From NCBI GenBank assembly GCA_963745025.1, contig CAVUWD010000008.1, positions 160,001-224,000 of the forward strand: DNA of 64,000 nt, in the 5' to 3' direction. This DNA is from an uncultured delta proteobacterium (GTDB lineage Bacteria > Desulfobacterota > Binatia > JACPRU01). This document shows positions 30,447 through 40,704 of the stretch, in pieces. The position numbers and the translations under genes were made by a program. Under the pieces are notes generated by a model, which was not told where the DNA came from, did no database searches, and worked only from the letters and a program-made list of their open reading frames with translations. Position 1 is the first letter of the stretch, and each line of letters starts with the position of its first letter.

Positions 30447-31730
30447 ATGCTCAGCCCAGTGCAGCCGCGAGAAGAGTTGTCCCTCGACCAGATCCGACTC
30501 GGCGATCCGGAGTTCTGGAAGCTCCCGCTCGAGGTACGGGAGGGTGCGTTCCAGATGCTGCGTCGCGAGCGGCCGATCTCGTTCCACGAAGAGGTTTACG
30601 ATCGCGTGTTCATGCCGGGCCCTGGCTTTCGGGCGCTCAGCCGCCATGCCGACATCCTCTATGCGGGCACGCACCCGAAGCTCTTCTGCTCGGGCAAGAG
30701 TGCGACCTCGATCGCCGACATGCCGCAGGAGTTTCTCGAGTTCTTCGGGTCGATGATCAACATGGACAACCCGAAGCACGGGCGCTTACGGCGGCTGGTG
30801 TCGAGCGCGTTCACGGCGCGCCAGCTCTCCAACATCGAGCACTACGTCGTCGAGGAGGCTTCGCGGGTGATCGATGCGGTCAGTGAGAGGGGCGAGTGCG
30901 ACTTCGTGGTCGACATCGCCGCGCCGTTCCCGATCCGCATCATCTGCGACATGATGGGCATCGCCGAGAGCCAGCACGGCTTCGTCTTCGAGAAGACGAA
31001 CATCATCCTCGGCGGCGCGGATCCGGAGTACGTCGCCGAGACCGCCGATCTCGCCGCCGCCCTGCTGCAGGCGGGCGCGGATCTCGCGGAGCTGATGCGG
31101 GAGCTCCGCCGCGAACGGCTCGAACGTCCGACCGACGACCTCACCTCGGTCCTGGCCCACGCCGAGATCGAGGGAGACCGCCTGACCGAGCAGGAGATGA
31201 TGTCGTTCTTCATCCTCCTGGTCGCGGCCGGCAACGAGACCACGCGCAACGCGATCAGCCACGGCATGAAGGCGCTCAGTGATCATCCCGCCGAGCGCCG
31301 GATCTGGCAGCAGGACTTCGAGGGCGTGGCCCCGACCGCGGTCGAGGAGATCGTTCGCTGGGCCTCGCCGGTGATCTTCATGCGCCGGACCGCGACGTGC
31401 GATACCGAGATCGGCGGCCAGCCGGTCCGCGAGGGCGACAAGTTCTTGCTCTTCTACTGCTCGGGCAATCGGGACGAGTCGGTGTTCTCCGAGCCGTTCC
31501 GCTTCGACGTGCGGCGCGATCCCAACCCGCACGTCGGCTTCGGCGGTGGACCGCACTTCTGCCTCGGAGCCGAGCTCGCGCGACGCGAGATTCGCATGCT
31601 CTTCCGAGAGATCTTCCGCCGGCTGCCCGATCTCGAGATCACCGGGCCTCCGGACCGACTGTTCTCGGCCTTCATCCACGGCATCAAGCACATGCCGTGT
31701 AGGTTCACGCCGACGAAGCCGGTCGCCTAG
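30447..31730 (+). CDS. Cytochrome P450 (CYP124/125-like)
   Basis: AAGNETT, EEIVRWASP, heme motif GFGGGPHFCLG. Confidence 0.95.
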   Translation: MLSPVQPREELSLDQIRLGDPEFWKLPLEVREGAFQMLRRERPISFHEEVYDRVFMPGPGFRALSRHADILYAGTHPKLFCSGKSATSIADMPQEFLEFFGSMINMDNPKHGRLRRLVSSAFTARQLSNIEHYVVEEASRVIDAVSERGECDFVVDIAAPFPIRIICDMMGIAESQHGFVFEKTNIILGGADPEYVAETADLAAALLQAGADLAELMRELRRERLERPTDDLTSVLAHAEIEGDRLTEQEMMSFFILLVAAGNETTRNAISHGMKALSDHPAERRIWQQDFEGVAPTAVEEIVRWASPVIFMRRTATCDTEIGGQPVREGDKFLLFYCSGNRDESVFSEPFRFDVRRDPNPHVGFGGGPHFCLGAELARREIRMLFREIFRRLPDLEITGPPDRLFSAFIHGIKHMPCRFTPTKPVA

Positions 31731-31829
31731 GAACCGCGAGGGTGTCTCTCGAGTCAGCCTCGGTTTGAGACGATCCTCGTTCCCGGTCTGTGCGCGGTAT
31801 TGGAGGTCCGCGCCGATCGTCCGTAATGC

Positions 31830-32071
31830 ATCAGTCTTGGCCACACGCGCTGGAAATTGCTGAAGCGCTGGATCTTCCGGTCGGCCCGTGCTCGGGTCGA
31901 CCGGAAGATCCAGCCACCGCGCGCAAGCGCGGAGAGCAATAGACCATCTCGTGGGTTATTGGCTTCCGCGCTCTGCGCGGTGGCGGTCGGTCGTGATCGA
32001 CCCGAGTACGGGCCGATCACGACCGACCGCAGCTCTTCGTCGTTCCGAAGCATTCGAGGCGATGATTGAGG
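31830..32071 (+). repeat. Three-hairpin dispersed element, copy 1
   Basis: Hairpin A 31867-31914, central hairpin containing GCAATA...GTGGGTTATTG, hairpin B 31983-32030; ends TCAGTC / GATTGAGG. Confidence 0.75.
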
Positions 32072-32211
32072 CGTTACGATCGTCCGATCGTCCAGCAAAT
32101 CCGCTTGACACGCGGCTTTGCGATGCCGTCCATGAGGGCCGGCGAAGCCGACGCGAGGAAGGGATCCCGCGTCGTCGTCGGTCGTTCCCCGCGCGCGCCG
32201 CCGGCGCCGCC

Positions 32212-33356
32212 TCACGGCGCGTAAACGTACTTGTCGATGTCGCCGCTGCAAATGTCGGCTACGTAGACGTTGCCGTCGGGGCCCTCGGCGAACGAGACGG
32301 GACAGCTGAGCTGGTCGAAATCGTATCGATTGGTTACCACGTTGCTCGAATCCATCGTCAACGCGTGCACCCAGCCCGCGCCGTTGTCGCCGTAAAAGTA
32401 AGCGCCGGCATACGGACTCGGGTAATTCGAGTCGCTCGGCGAACACTCCGCCGATGATGACGTTGCCGGTCTCGCCGGCGCCGCTATGCGTTGTAGTAGT
32501 GAATCGGCGCGATCGTGCTGCCGAAGTTGGTCGTCGCCGGATTGCACCCCGGATTGTTCGCCGGGCAAGGACCCTCGTAAACGTTCCACCCGAAGTTGGC
32601 CCCTTCTTGCAGTGAGTCCACCTCTTCCCACGTCGATTGTCCGACATCCGCGACGATGTAGGTCTGGTTCGATTCGCGCCCTGTAAAGCGGAACGGATTG
32701 CGAAACCCGTAGGCATAAACCGATCGTCGCTTGCGGGTATTCGTAGCGTAGAACGGATTGTCCGTAGGGATCGTGCCGTCCGCAGTTGATGCGCAGAATC
32801 TTGCCGCGCAACGAATCTTGCACCTGTGCCTCGTCGTGAAGCGTGCCGCCGTCACCGACCGCGATGTACAACTTGCCGTCGAAGCCGAAATGAATGTCAC
32901 CGCCGTTGTGATTGCCGGCATCCGAGGGAATCCCGTCCAACAGGATCGTTTCCTGGGTGCCGACGCCGTTGCTGGTCTTGAAGCGCGACACGCGATTTTT
33001 CGGTGACCCGCTGTAACTCAGCGCGCCCGGCCCGGTCGTGTAGTAGAGATAGACGTAATGGTTCGTCGCGTAGCTCGGGTCCACGGCGATGCCCAGTAAT
33101 CCGCGCTCCGATTCCGTGGACACATTGAGCGTCACGTACGGGTTGCCGCGCACCGTGCCGTCGACTCTGACGACCTTGACCTCGCCGGATTCTTTTCCGT
33201 GACAAAGATTCGCTTGCCTTCGAACGCGAAAGCGGTCGGTTGATCGAGTCCCGATGTCACCCGCACGCGACTGAATCCGGCAGGCAGGGCTGCGCCCGCG
33301 GCGTGCGCGGTGAGCGTAGCGAGAAGAAGAGCGCCAAGGAGAGAACGACGGGACAT
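32212..33356 (-). CDS. Secreted PQQ-dependent glucose/sorbosone dehydrogenase family protein with several frameshifts
   Basis: Signal peptide + LPAGFS, ERGLLGIAVDP, NHNGGDIHFGFDGKLYIAVGD, YGFRNPFR, GPDGNVYV, spread over three frames. Confidence 0.8.
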
Positions 33357-33433
33357 CTCGCCACCTTCCAGAACGATTCCTCGGGCGATCGTGCAAAAAG
33401 GGCGATCGGGCCGTCGCGAGTTCCGTCCCAACT

Positions 33434-34198
33434 TCAGACCGACGTGAATCCGCCGTCCACCGTCATCGCCGAGCCGGTGACGAACGACGAAGCGTCGGAG
33501 CAGAGCCACACGACCGCTTCGGCCACTTCGCCGGGCTCGGCGAGACGCCGGATCGGCGTCATGGTGACGTAGGCCGCCATCGCGTCCTTTCCGAGGTTGG
33601 CCGCGAGCCGGTCGAGCATCGGCGTGTTGATGAGGCCCGGACAGACGGCATTGACGCGGATCCCTTGGGGCGTGAACTCCGCGGCGGCGGTGCGCGTCAT
33701 GCCGACGACCGCGTGCTTGCTCGCGACGTACGGCAGCAGACCTGGCGCGCCGAGGAGACCCGCGACCGACGCGGTGTTCACGATCGATCCTTTTCCCTGG
33801 CGGAGCATCGCGGGGATCTCGGCTCGCATACACAGGAAGACGCCGCGGAGATTGACCGCGAGCACTCGCTCGAAGACCGCGAGCGTCATGTCGGTCGTGG
33901 GCTTCGGATCGTTTTCGATCCCCGCGTTGTTGAAGGCGGCGTCCAGACGGCCGAAGCGCTCGACGGTCTTCGTGACCATCGATCCGACCTGCGCCTCGTC
34001 GGTGACGTCCGTGCGGAGAAAGAAGGCCTCAGCGGCCGCGCCTTGCACGGCCTCGAGCGTCTTCCTGCCGCCGCTCTCGTCGACGTCGGAGAGGGAGAGC
34101 CTCGCTCCCTCGCGGGCCAGTGCGAGCGCCGTTGCGCGCCCGATTCCGGACGCCGCGCCGGTCACGATCACGACTTTGTCCTTCATTCGATCGCCCAT
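33434..34198 (-). CDS. Short-chain dehydrogenase/reductase
   Basis: TGAASGIG, FNNAG, YVASKH. Confidence 0.93.
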   Translation of the reverse strand: MGDRMKDKVVIVTGAASGIGRATALALAREGARLSLSDVDESGGRKTLEAVQGAAAEAFFLRTDVTDEAQVGSMVTKTVERFGRLDAAFNNAGIENDPKPTTDMTLAVFERVLAVNLRGVFLCMRAEIPAMLRQGKGSIVNTASVAGLLGAPGLLPYVASKHAVVGMTRTAAAEFTPQGIRVNAVCPGLINTPMLDRLAANLGKDAMAAYVTMTPIRRLAEPGEVAEAVVWLCSDASSFVTGSAMTVDGGFTSV

Positions 34199-34381
34199 CG
34201 TCGTTCTCCTTGCCGGCGTTACCGTGAATCTTCGCTCGGCGAGCGTCGGTTATCGCCGCTACATCCTTCCGGCGCAACCCTGCGAGCTCTTGCCGCCGGC
34301 GCCCGTCCCCGTACGCGCTCGGGATACGCGCTCGAAGTCTCGCGCAACGATCCGATCGACGGTCTTCGGTATCACCGAGGA

Positions 34382-35020
34382 TTAGCTGAAACCGGCCCTC
34401 GCGCTCGGCCGTTTCGAAACCTCGGCGTGCCAGCGGCGGAGGCTCGGGCAGTCTTCGGGCATCGACTCGTCGCCGAGTGCCGCGAAATCGACGACGGCGA
34501 GCGTCGTCGCATCCGCGACCGTGAAGCGCTCGCCGGCGACGAAGGGCTTGTCGCGAAGCTGTGCGTTGAACTTGCGGAAGAAGAGCTGCACGCGCTGCTT
34601 GCCGCGCTCGACCAGCGCGGGGATCTGCGCGACGGGTCCTGCGGCTCCCGGGACGCCTCGGTCCGCGAACAGCGGGTGGCGATTGCGGAAGATCTCGGCG
34701 ACCGCGACCAGCCCCTCCTCGTACGCGCGCCGCTCCCACATGTCGACGATCGCGCGGTCGCGGGCGTCCACACCCATCAGCGGCGGATCGGGATGAAGCT
34801 CCTCGAGATAGCGGCAGATGGCCATCGCCTCGCCGATCTGCGTGCCGTCGTCGAGCTCGAGCATCGGCACGGTGGCTTGCGGATACCGCGCGACGTAGTC
34901 CGCCTTGAGACGCCCCTTTCCGCCGCCGACATCCTCGATCGGGATGGCGATCGCCTTCTCGGCGAGGTAGATGAGCACCCGGCGCGGGTTCGGCGCCTTG
35001 TTCCAGACGTAGAGCTTCAC
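34382..35020 (-). CDS. Glutathione S-transferase
   Basis: APNPRRVLIYLAEK, VPMLELDDG..IGEAMAICRYLE, FTVAD. Confidence 0.9.
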   Translation of the reverse strand: MKLYVWNKAPNPRRVLIYLAEKAIAIPIEDVGGGKGRLKADYVARYPQATVPMLELDDGTQIGEAMAICRYLEELHPDPPLMGVDARDRAIVDMWERRAYEEGLVAVAEIFRNRHPLFADRGVPGAAGPVAQIPALVERGKQRVQLFFRKFNAQLRDKPFVAGERFTVADATTLAVVDFAALGDESMPEDCPSLRRWHAEVSKRPSARAGFS

Positions 35021-35027
35021 GACGCCC

Positions 35028-35165
35028 TCACGATTCGCTCGGCGGCTCCTTCTTCGGCGCCTTCTCCGCAAGCTCTTTGCGCAGCGCGCGCATCTCCACC
35101 CGTCGCGCGAGTTTCTTCTGTCGCTGGCGACGATGGCGGCCCTTGTCGCCGGTCTTTACTCCCAT
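35028..35165 (-). CDS. Small basic 45-aa protein (not in ORF track)
   Basis: GAGGAGG RBS; MGVKTGDKGRHRRQRQKKLARRVEMRALRKELAEKAPKKEPPSES; fills the gap between the two GST genes. Confidence 0.65.
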   Translation of the reverse strand: MGVKTGDKGRHRRQRQKKLARRVEMRALRKELAEKAPKKEPPSES

Positions 35166-35169
35166 GCGT

Positions 35170-35874
35170 TCATCCTCCTCGCTTCGCGTAGGTTTCGTTC
35201 AGGTAGGCCACGATGTCGGCGGACTCGAACATCGCCACGTCGCGATTCGGGTCGACGAGGTAAGGGACCATCATCTTTCCCGAGCGAGCCACGAACGCTT
35301 CTCGCCGCGGGCTTCCCTTGGCGACGTTGTGCAGCAGGTAGGGGATCTCGAGCTCGCAGAGGGTCTCGCGCGCGATCCGGCAGAAGGGGGACGCCTCGAA
35401 GCTCCAGAGCTCGAGCGGCTTCTCCGGTGGAGTCGACGGTCGATAGTAGACGCCCGCTCCCAGACGCGTGGCGCTCGCGACCATCGCGCCCGCGTCGGTG
35501 AGCGGCCCGAGCCGGAGCGCGAGCGGCGCGGGCCCGGCGCCGTATTTCTCGAAGAGGTAGCGCACGATGTCGTCGGACTCGTACATCTCGATGCCCGTGT
35601 TGGGATCGACCAGATAGGGAAACTGTTCCTTGCCGCCCCGCCGCTTGACCTCGGCGCGGAAGCGTGGGCCGCGCTTCGGGCAAGGATAGACGACCGCCTC
35701 GAGATCGAGGACCGTGAGAGCCTCCCGAGCCTTTCGGCAGAAGGGGCATCCCTCGAATTCGTAGAGCTCGAGCGGCTTCGCGGGCCGTGGTCCGCGCGAG
35801 CCCACGAAAACCCCCTGGCCGAGGCGTGCGAGGCTGGCAAGGAAGGAAGTCGTCACGTCGAGGGCGCGGTTCAT
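35170..35874 (-). CDS. Tandem GST-N/glutaredoxin-like domain protein
   Basis: YEFEGCPFCRK and SFEASPFCR; duplicated PYLVDPN...ESxDIV. Confidence 0.88.
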   Translation of the reverse strand: MNRALDVTTSFLASLARLGQGVFVGSRGPRPAKPLELYEFEGCPFCRKAREALTVLDLEAVVYPCPKRGPRFRAEVKRRGGKEQFPYLVDPNTGIEMYESDDIVRYLFEKYGAGPAPLALRLGPLTDAGAMVASATRLGAGVYYRPSTPPEKPLELWSFEASPFCRIARETLCELEIPYLLHNVAKGSPRREAFVARSGKMMVPYLVDPNRDVAMFESADIVAYLNETYAKRGG

Positions 35875-36031
35875 CGCTTCACCGAACGCTGCTATCTGTC
35901 ATTCCCGATGCCGCGTATCAAGGTGATCCGTCCGTCGCGTAGGAGATTACCGACGAACGCGTTGAAGCACTTCGCCGCGTGGGCGCCGCCGACGAGCGGA
36001 TCTTCGATCTGGCGGCGGATCGCGTCGAGCT

Positions 36032-37600
36032 TCAACGCCTCGGCGCGTCTCGTCGTCCTTGTGTCTCCGCCGCCGGCAGCCACCCGTCGTCGGCGTGAAA
36101 CCTTCGCAGCCGCGGGTCACTGACGGAGAGAGGCGGTAACCAGTCGCCGATGAGCGTCCGCTTCCACCAGGCGTGGCTCGCGTCGCCGGGCGGGGCGAAC
36201 TCGTATCGATAGTAGCGAGCACGGATGTAGCGTGGCGGGTCGTCCGCGAAGGGATCGTTACCGAGCAGGCTGCGCACGCCCGGGTCGTTGTGGAGGAGCT
36301 TCCAGACCAGGTGCACCGCCCAGGGCTGGCGCTGCGGGACCGACATGGCGGCGAACCAGATCTGCCAGTCGAGACGCGGCTGGTAGGGCGCGATGACGCA
36401 GGGCCGGCGCGTCGGGTCGCCGGGCTTACAGGGGAATTCGTATGCCTTCCAGCGCGTCGTCTCGGTCACGAACTCGTCGCTCGTTCCTTCGAAGACGATC
36501 TCTCGGCGCTCCCGGCCGACGGACCCGAAGGCGCCGTAGGTGTTGACGAGATCCAACGCGGAGAACGAGGTGTTCATGAGCTGGTCCGACGAGACGAGAT
36601 TCATGACCGGATCGACGCTGAGGATTACGACGATGGCAACGACGGCAAAGGCGACGCTCTGCTGGATTCTCGAAGCGCGGGACTCGGAGGCCGCGCGCGC
36701 GGCGCGCTCACCCAGGCGGCGCGGGAGCAGCCGGCCGAGGAGCCGATCATCGAAGCAGGCGAGCACGGGAACGATCGTCAGGTAGTTCAGAAACGAGAGA
36801 TTGCCACTGAGGATGAGAGAGATCTGGAAGACGACCATCACGCCGCCAGCCGCGTGGCGGGCGAGCCGGGGACCGAACGCGAACCACGGAGCGACGAGCT
36901 CGGCGAGGTGGTTGAAGAGCACGCCGAAGAGGTGAAACCAGCGCGGCATGAAGTGCGCGTACCACGACAGCGGATTGGGGATCGGTTGGGTCTCGTAGTG
37001 ATAATAGAGGCAGGTGAGATCCCGCCAGCAGGGATCCCCGCGCATCTTGATGAGCCCGGCGCCGAGCATGATGCGGAAGATGAGCCAGCGAAAGAGCCAC
37101 ACGACCGGCACCGGCGGGGGGCTCGGCGAAAACGGGCGCGGATCCACAAGCGGGCAGAGAAAGATCGCCAGGAAGCCGGTTTCGAGAAGCTGAATCTCCC
37201 ATCCGTAGGCGTACCAGACCTGGCCGACGTGGACGAACGACATGTAGAGCGCCCAGAGGACCGCGAGCAGGATCGCGTTCGCGTAGCCGAGGAGAAGCGG
37301 CAGCGAGAGCGCCACGCCGAGCCACGCGAGGCGAACCAGCAGCGAGTCGGAGGTGTCGAGCCAGAAGAAGCTCGGGTAGTGCTCGAACCCCTCCCAGCGC
37401 GAGCCGTGGTAAGATTCCGCCTTTTCGAGGAACTGCGCGATCGGCGTGAGCCCGTGCGAGCCGATGAGCGGCAGCACTTGGCGCGCGAGCGAGAGGAAGG
37501 CGAACAGGTAGACGAGGCCGAGAAGGCGAAGGATCAGGAAGCGGCTCAGCCAGTAGGATGGCCGATCGGCTTCGACGGCGAGCTCCGGGGCGGTCGGCAT
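36032..37600 (-). CDS. Lipase maturation factor (LMF1) family membrane protein
   Basis: YGWEIQLLETGF, HYETQPIPNP, SGNLSFLNYLT, NTYGAFG, PRLDWQIWFA. Confidence 0.92.
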   Translation of the reverse strand: MPTAPELAVEADRPSYWLSRFLILRLLGLVYLFAFLSLARQVLPLIGSHGLTPIAQFLEKAESYHGSRWEGFEHYPSFFWLDTSDSLLVRLAWLGVALSLPLLLGYANAILLAVLWALYMSFVHVGQVWYAYGWEIQLLETGFLAIFLCPLVDPRPFSPSPPPVPVVWLFRWLIFRIMLGAGLIKMRGDPCWRDLTCLYYHYETQPIPNPLSWYAHFMPRWFHLFGVLFNHLAELVAPWFAFGPRLARHAAGGVMVVFQISLILSGNLSFLNYLTIVPVLACFDDRLLGRLLPRRLGERAARAASESRASRIQQSVAFAVVAIVVILSVDPVMNLVSSDQLMNTSFSALDLVNTYGAFGSVGRERREIVFEGTSDEFVTETTRWKAYEFPCKPGDPTRRPCVIAPYQPRLDWQIWFAAMSVPQRQPWAVHLVWKLLHNDPGVRSLLGNDPFADDPPRYIRARYYRYEFAPPGDASHAWWKRTLIGDWLPPLSVSDPRLRRFHADDGWLPAAETQGRRDAPRR

Positions 37601-37607
37601 GGGAAGA

Positions 37608-37866
37608 GGCTACGGGCTACAGGGAAGGACTCGTGGATAGAGGGCCTCAGTCTCTGTAGGATGCTCGGCGACACGAAAAACGCGCTTGGTTTTCGTCGAT
37701 TCGTACTCGGAGCGACGAAAACCAAGCGCAACAGCGCGAAGCGCTGAACGCAATAGGCCGATTCGGTGGGTTATTGTCTCCCGCGCTCCGCGCGCTCCAT
37801 CTTCCCGCAGCATTCGTGACGAAGACTGAGGGGAGACTCATGAATCCTTTCCGGTAGCCGGTAGCC
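37608..37866. repeat. GGCTAC/GTAGCC inverted-repeat hairpin with three-hairpin element copy 2 (37641-37837) in its loop
   Basis: Arms GGCTACGGGCTACAGGGAAGGA / TCCTTTCCGGTAGCCGGTAGCC. The inner 37641-37837 is a near-exact reverse complement of 63521-63772 minus hairpin B. Confidence 0.85.
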
Positions 37867-37871
37867 CGCCC

Positions 37872-38672
37872 TCAGCGAAACTTCGGCGGTCGCTTTTCGA
37901 GAAATGCCGCCACCGCCTCCTTGTGCTCCGGGCTCTTCCAGCACTCGCGGATCATCTCGCTTTCGCGCTGCTGGACCAGATCGAGGTCGGTCTCGCACGC
38001 GTTGCGGGTGAGGAGCTGCTTGATCATCCTGAGCTGCGGGTCGGGATTGGCGGAGATCTCGCGCGCGGCCTCGAAGGCCGTCTCGAGAAGCTTGTCGGGC
38101 TCGACCAGACGATCGACGAGCCCGAAGGCGGCGGCCTCGGCGGCCCCGTAGATTCGGCCGGAGAGGCACATCTCGCTCGCCTTGCCGAGCCCGACACGGG
38201 CCGTCAGCAGATGCGAGCTCGCCAGCTCCGGGACCAAGCCCACTTTGATGAAGAGCATGCCGAAACGAGCCTTCTCGGAAGCGACGATCAGATCGAACGG
38301 CAGGATCATGGTCATGCCGACCCCGACCGCGGCGCCGTTGACCGCGGCGACGAGCGGTTTCGCCCCGCGGCAGAGTTTCACCCAGTCGAGCCCCGCGGGC
38401 ATTCCACCTTGGCCGTGCGCGGTGTCGGCACCCGGATCTCGTCCCTCGATGCGCTCCTTGAACGTCTCGGACATGTCGGCGCCGGCGCAGAAACCGCGTC
38501 CCGCGCCGGTCATGACGATCGCGCCGACCGAGCGATCGGCGTTCGCGCGCTCGATTGCGTCCGCCTGCTCGGCGCTCATCTGCGGCGTCCAGGCGTTCAG
38601 CTTTTCCGGGCGGTTCAGCGTGACGAGCGCGACTTCGCCGCGCTGCTCGTAGAGGATCCGCTCGTAGCTCAC
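37872..38672 (-). CDS. Enoyl-CoA hydratase/isomerase
   Basis: LNRPEKLNA, FCAGADM, AVNGAAVGVG, FLEKRPPKF. Confidence 0.92.
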   Translation of the reverse strand: MSYERILYEQRGEVALVTLNRPEKLNAWTPQMSAEQADAIERANADRSVGAIVMTGAGRGFCAGADMSETFKERIEGRDPGADTAHGQGGMPAGLDWVKLCRGAKPLVAAVNGAAVGVGMTMILPFDLIVASEKARFGMLFIKVGLVPELASSHLLTARVGLGKASEMCLSGRIYGAAEAAAFGLVDRLVEPDKLLETAFEAAREISANPDPQLRMIKQLLTRNACETDLDLVQQRESEMIRECWKSPEHKEAVAAFLEKRPPKFR

Positions 38673-40048
38673 GCGCGCGTGCCCGTGAAATCGACGCCGA
38701 TCTCGGGATTCTTCATTTGCCCGCCGCAGGCGCGCGCGAGCCCCGGCGTCACGTCTTCGGCGAAGAGCTGCATCTGCGTCTCGATCTCCTCACCGCGGAA
38801 GCCGCCGCTCTCGAACCAGGCGTGGAACATGAAGTCCTCGTAGCCGCACTGCTCCTTGACCTTGAGAATCGCCTCGCCGACTTCGGCCGACGTGCCGAAT
38901 AGCGCGACTCCTTTCCGCAGCAGGAGATCCGCGTCGACCTTCTTGTCGATCGCGTACATCGGCTCGTTGGCCTCGGCGAGCACTGCCGCGAACCCGAACG
39001 GCCCGTAATAGTCCCACTGGAGCTCGAGCGCGGCCTTGAAACGGGCCAGCTCCTTCTCGCGGCTCACTCCCGGAGGGACGAGGTGAATGTAGCGGCACGT
39101 CACCACGCCGCGCCGTTTCTCGGCATCCCAGCCGAACTTGAATCGGCCTCGGTTCAGCCGGTCGGGCCAGGCGTTCTTGTCGGCAATCTCGTAGTACGTC
39201 TCGATGTTCTGCCGCAGGCGCGAGTTCGGCTCGACGATGAAGTAGCCGTTGACGCCGCGCTCGGCGGCCCACTGGATCGAGCGGCCCGTCGTGAGCGGCT
39301 CCCAAAGCTGGGGATGCGGCCGCTGCAGCGGTTGCGGGAAGACCTGCAGCTCCTTCAACGTGGTCGCGCTCTGCATGACCGGGTTCGGGCCGCCGTACGG
39401 ATCCGGCGGGCCGATCTTCAGCACCTCGTCGAGCCGCCGGCCGGCCTTTTCGGAAGAGAAGTAGGCGATCGTCTGCGGATGGTTCCAGCGCGTGAACACG
39501 GGTGGTATCGTGAAAAACTGGCCCTGGTGCGAGAACGACGACTTCGTCCAGCATTTGATGATGATCTCGTACGCCTCGTTGTAATAGGCGCGATTCCGCT
39601 CCTGATCCTGAATGGTCGAGAACGGCCAGCCGAAGACTTCGGCCTCGCGCGGCTGGTAACCCCGGCCGATGCCGAACTCGAGCCGTCCGCCGGACAGGAC
39701 GTCCAGCATCGCAGCTTGTTCGGCGATTCGCACCGGGTGCCACCAGGTGATGATGTTCGCCGCCTGTCCGAGACGGATCCGCTTGGTGTGCGCGGCGACC
39801 GCAGTCTCGGCGAGCAGCGGGTTCGGGCTGAACTCGGCGCCTTCCGGCTGGAAGTGGTGCTCCGTCATGAAGAAATAGTTGAAGCCGAGCCGGTCGGCGA
39901 GGATGCCCTGGCGCACCTGGTTCACGAGCACCCTTTGGGTCGCCTCGTGGACTTCCGCGAGGCTGCCGTCGTTGATGACGATTCCCTGCTTCGTGGTCGC
40001 GCAGGGCAGGTCGCTTGCTCCGTTGTGAAAGACGCCGATCTCAAGCAT
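38669..40048 (-). CDS. LLM-class flavin-dependent oxidoreductase
   Basis: TEHHFQPEG, HPVRIAEQAAMLDVLSGGRLEFGIGRG, PQPLQRPHP. Confidence 0.9.
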   Translation of the reverse strand: MLEIGVFHNGASDLPCATTKQGIVINDGSLAEVHEATQRVLVNQVRQGILADRLGFNYFFMTEHHFQPEGAEFSPNPLLAETAVAAHTKRIRLGQAANIITWWHPVRIAEQAAMLDVLSGGRLEFGIGRGYQPREAEVFGWPFSTIQDQERNRAYYNEAYEIIIKCWTKSSFSHQGQFFTIPPVFTRWNHPQTIAYFSSEKAGRRLDEVLKIGPPDPYGGPNPVMQSATTLKELQVFPQPLQRPHPQLWEPLTTGRSIQWAAERGVNGYFIVEPNSRLRQNIETYYEIADKNAWPDRLNRGRFKFGWDAEKRRGVVTCRYIHLVPPGVSREKELARFKAALELQWDYYGPFGFAAVLAEANEPMYAIDKKVDADLLLRKGVALFGTSAEVGEAILKVKEQCGYEDFMFHAWFESGGFRGEEIETQMQLFAEDVTPGLARACGGQMKNPEIGVDFTGTRA

Positions 40049-40202
40049 GGGTGACCTCCGCTGGGGGGCGATTACCGCTCAACCGACGGACCGTTGCAAG
40101 CGTTTTTCGGACTGCCGCCTACGCCCTTTCGATCCGACGAGGGGGCCAGCGTCTTCGCCTCTCGCCAACGACCGGGAGAGACGCGATCCTCCGCGGGGCG
40201 AT

Positions 40203-40679
40203 TCAGCTGCTGCTGCGGGCGCGCAGGGCTTCGAGTACGCGCGCGGGGTGCTCTGCGGCGTTCGCCACACGGGCCCAGTGCTTCTTCACCTTGCCGTCGG
40301 GGCCGATCCACACCGTGGAGCGGATTACGCCGACCGTCTTTTTCCCGTACAGGATCTTTTCGCCGTAAGCGCCGTATTTCTGCATGACCTTTCGCTCCGG
40401 GTCGGAGAGCAGCGGGAACGGAAGCTTGTACTTGGCGGCAAACTTGCGGTGCGAGTCACCGCCGTCGGCCGAGACACCGACGACCACCGCGTTCAGTTTC
40501 TGGATCTCCTTCCAGTCGTCGCGAAAGCCGCACGCCTCTTTGGTGCAACCCGGCGTGTCGTCCTTCGGGTAGAAATACAAGACCAAGTTCTTGCCGGCGA
40601 AATCGGCGAGCGACACCTTCGCACCGTCGACGTCTTCGAGAGAGAAGGACGGAGCAGGCTTGCCTTCTTGAATTGGCAT
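40203..40679 (-). CDS. bcp: Thioredoxin-dependent peroxiredoxin Bcp
   Basis: YFYPKDDTPGCTKEACGFRD. Confidence 0.93.
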   Translation of the reverse strand: MPIQEGKPAPSFSLEDVDGAKVSLADFAGKNLVLYFYPKDDTPGCTKEACGFRDDWKEIQKLNAVVVGVSADGGDSHRKFAAKYKLPFPLLSDPERKVMQKYGAYGEKILYGKKTVGVIRSTVWIGPDGKVKKHWARVANAAEHPARVLEALRARSSS

Positions 40680-40704
40680 GTCTCGGGACCCCCCTATCGT
40701 CTCG

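Noticed and set aside
35892-36083. 63-aa ORF between the LMF and GST genes
   Set aside because: It overlaps the LMF 3' end and has no RBS or recognisable motif.
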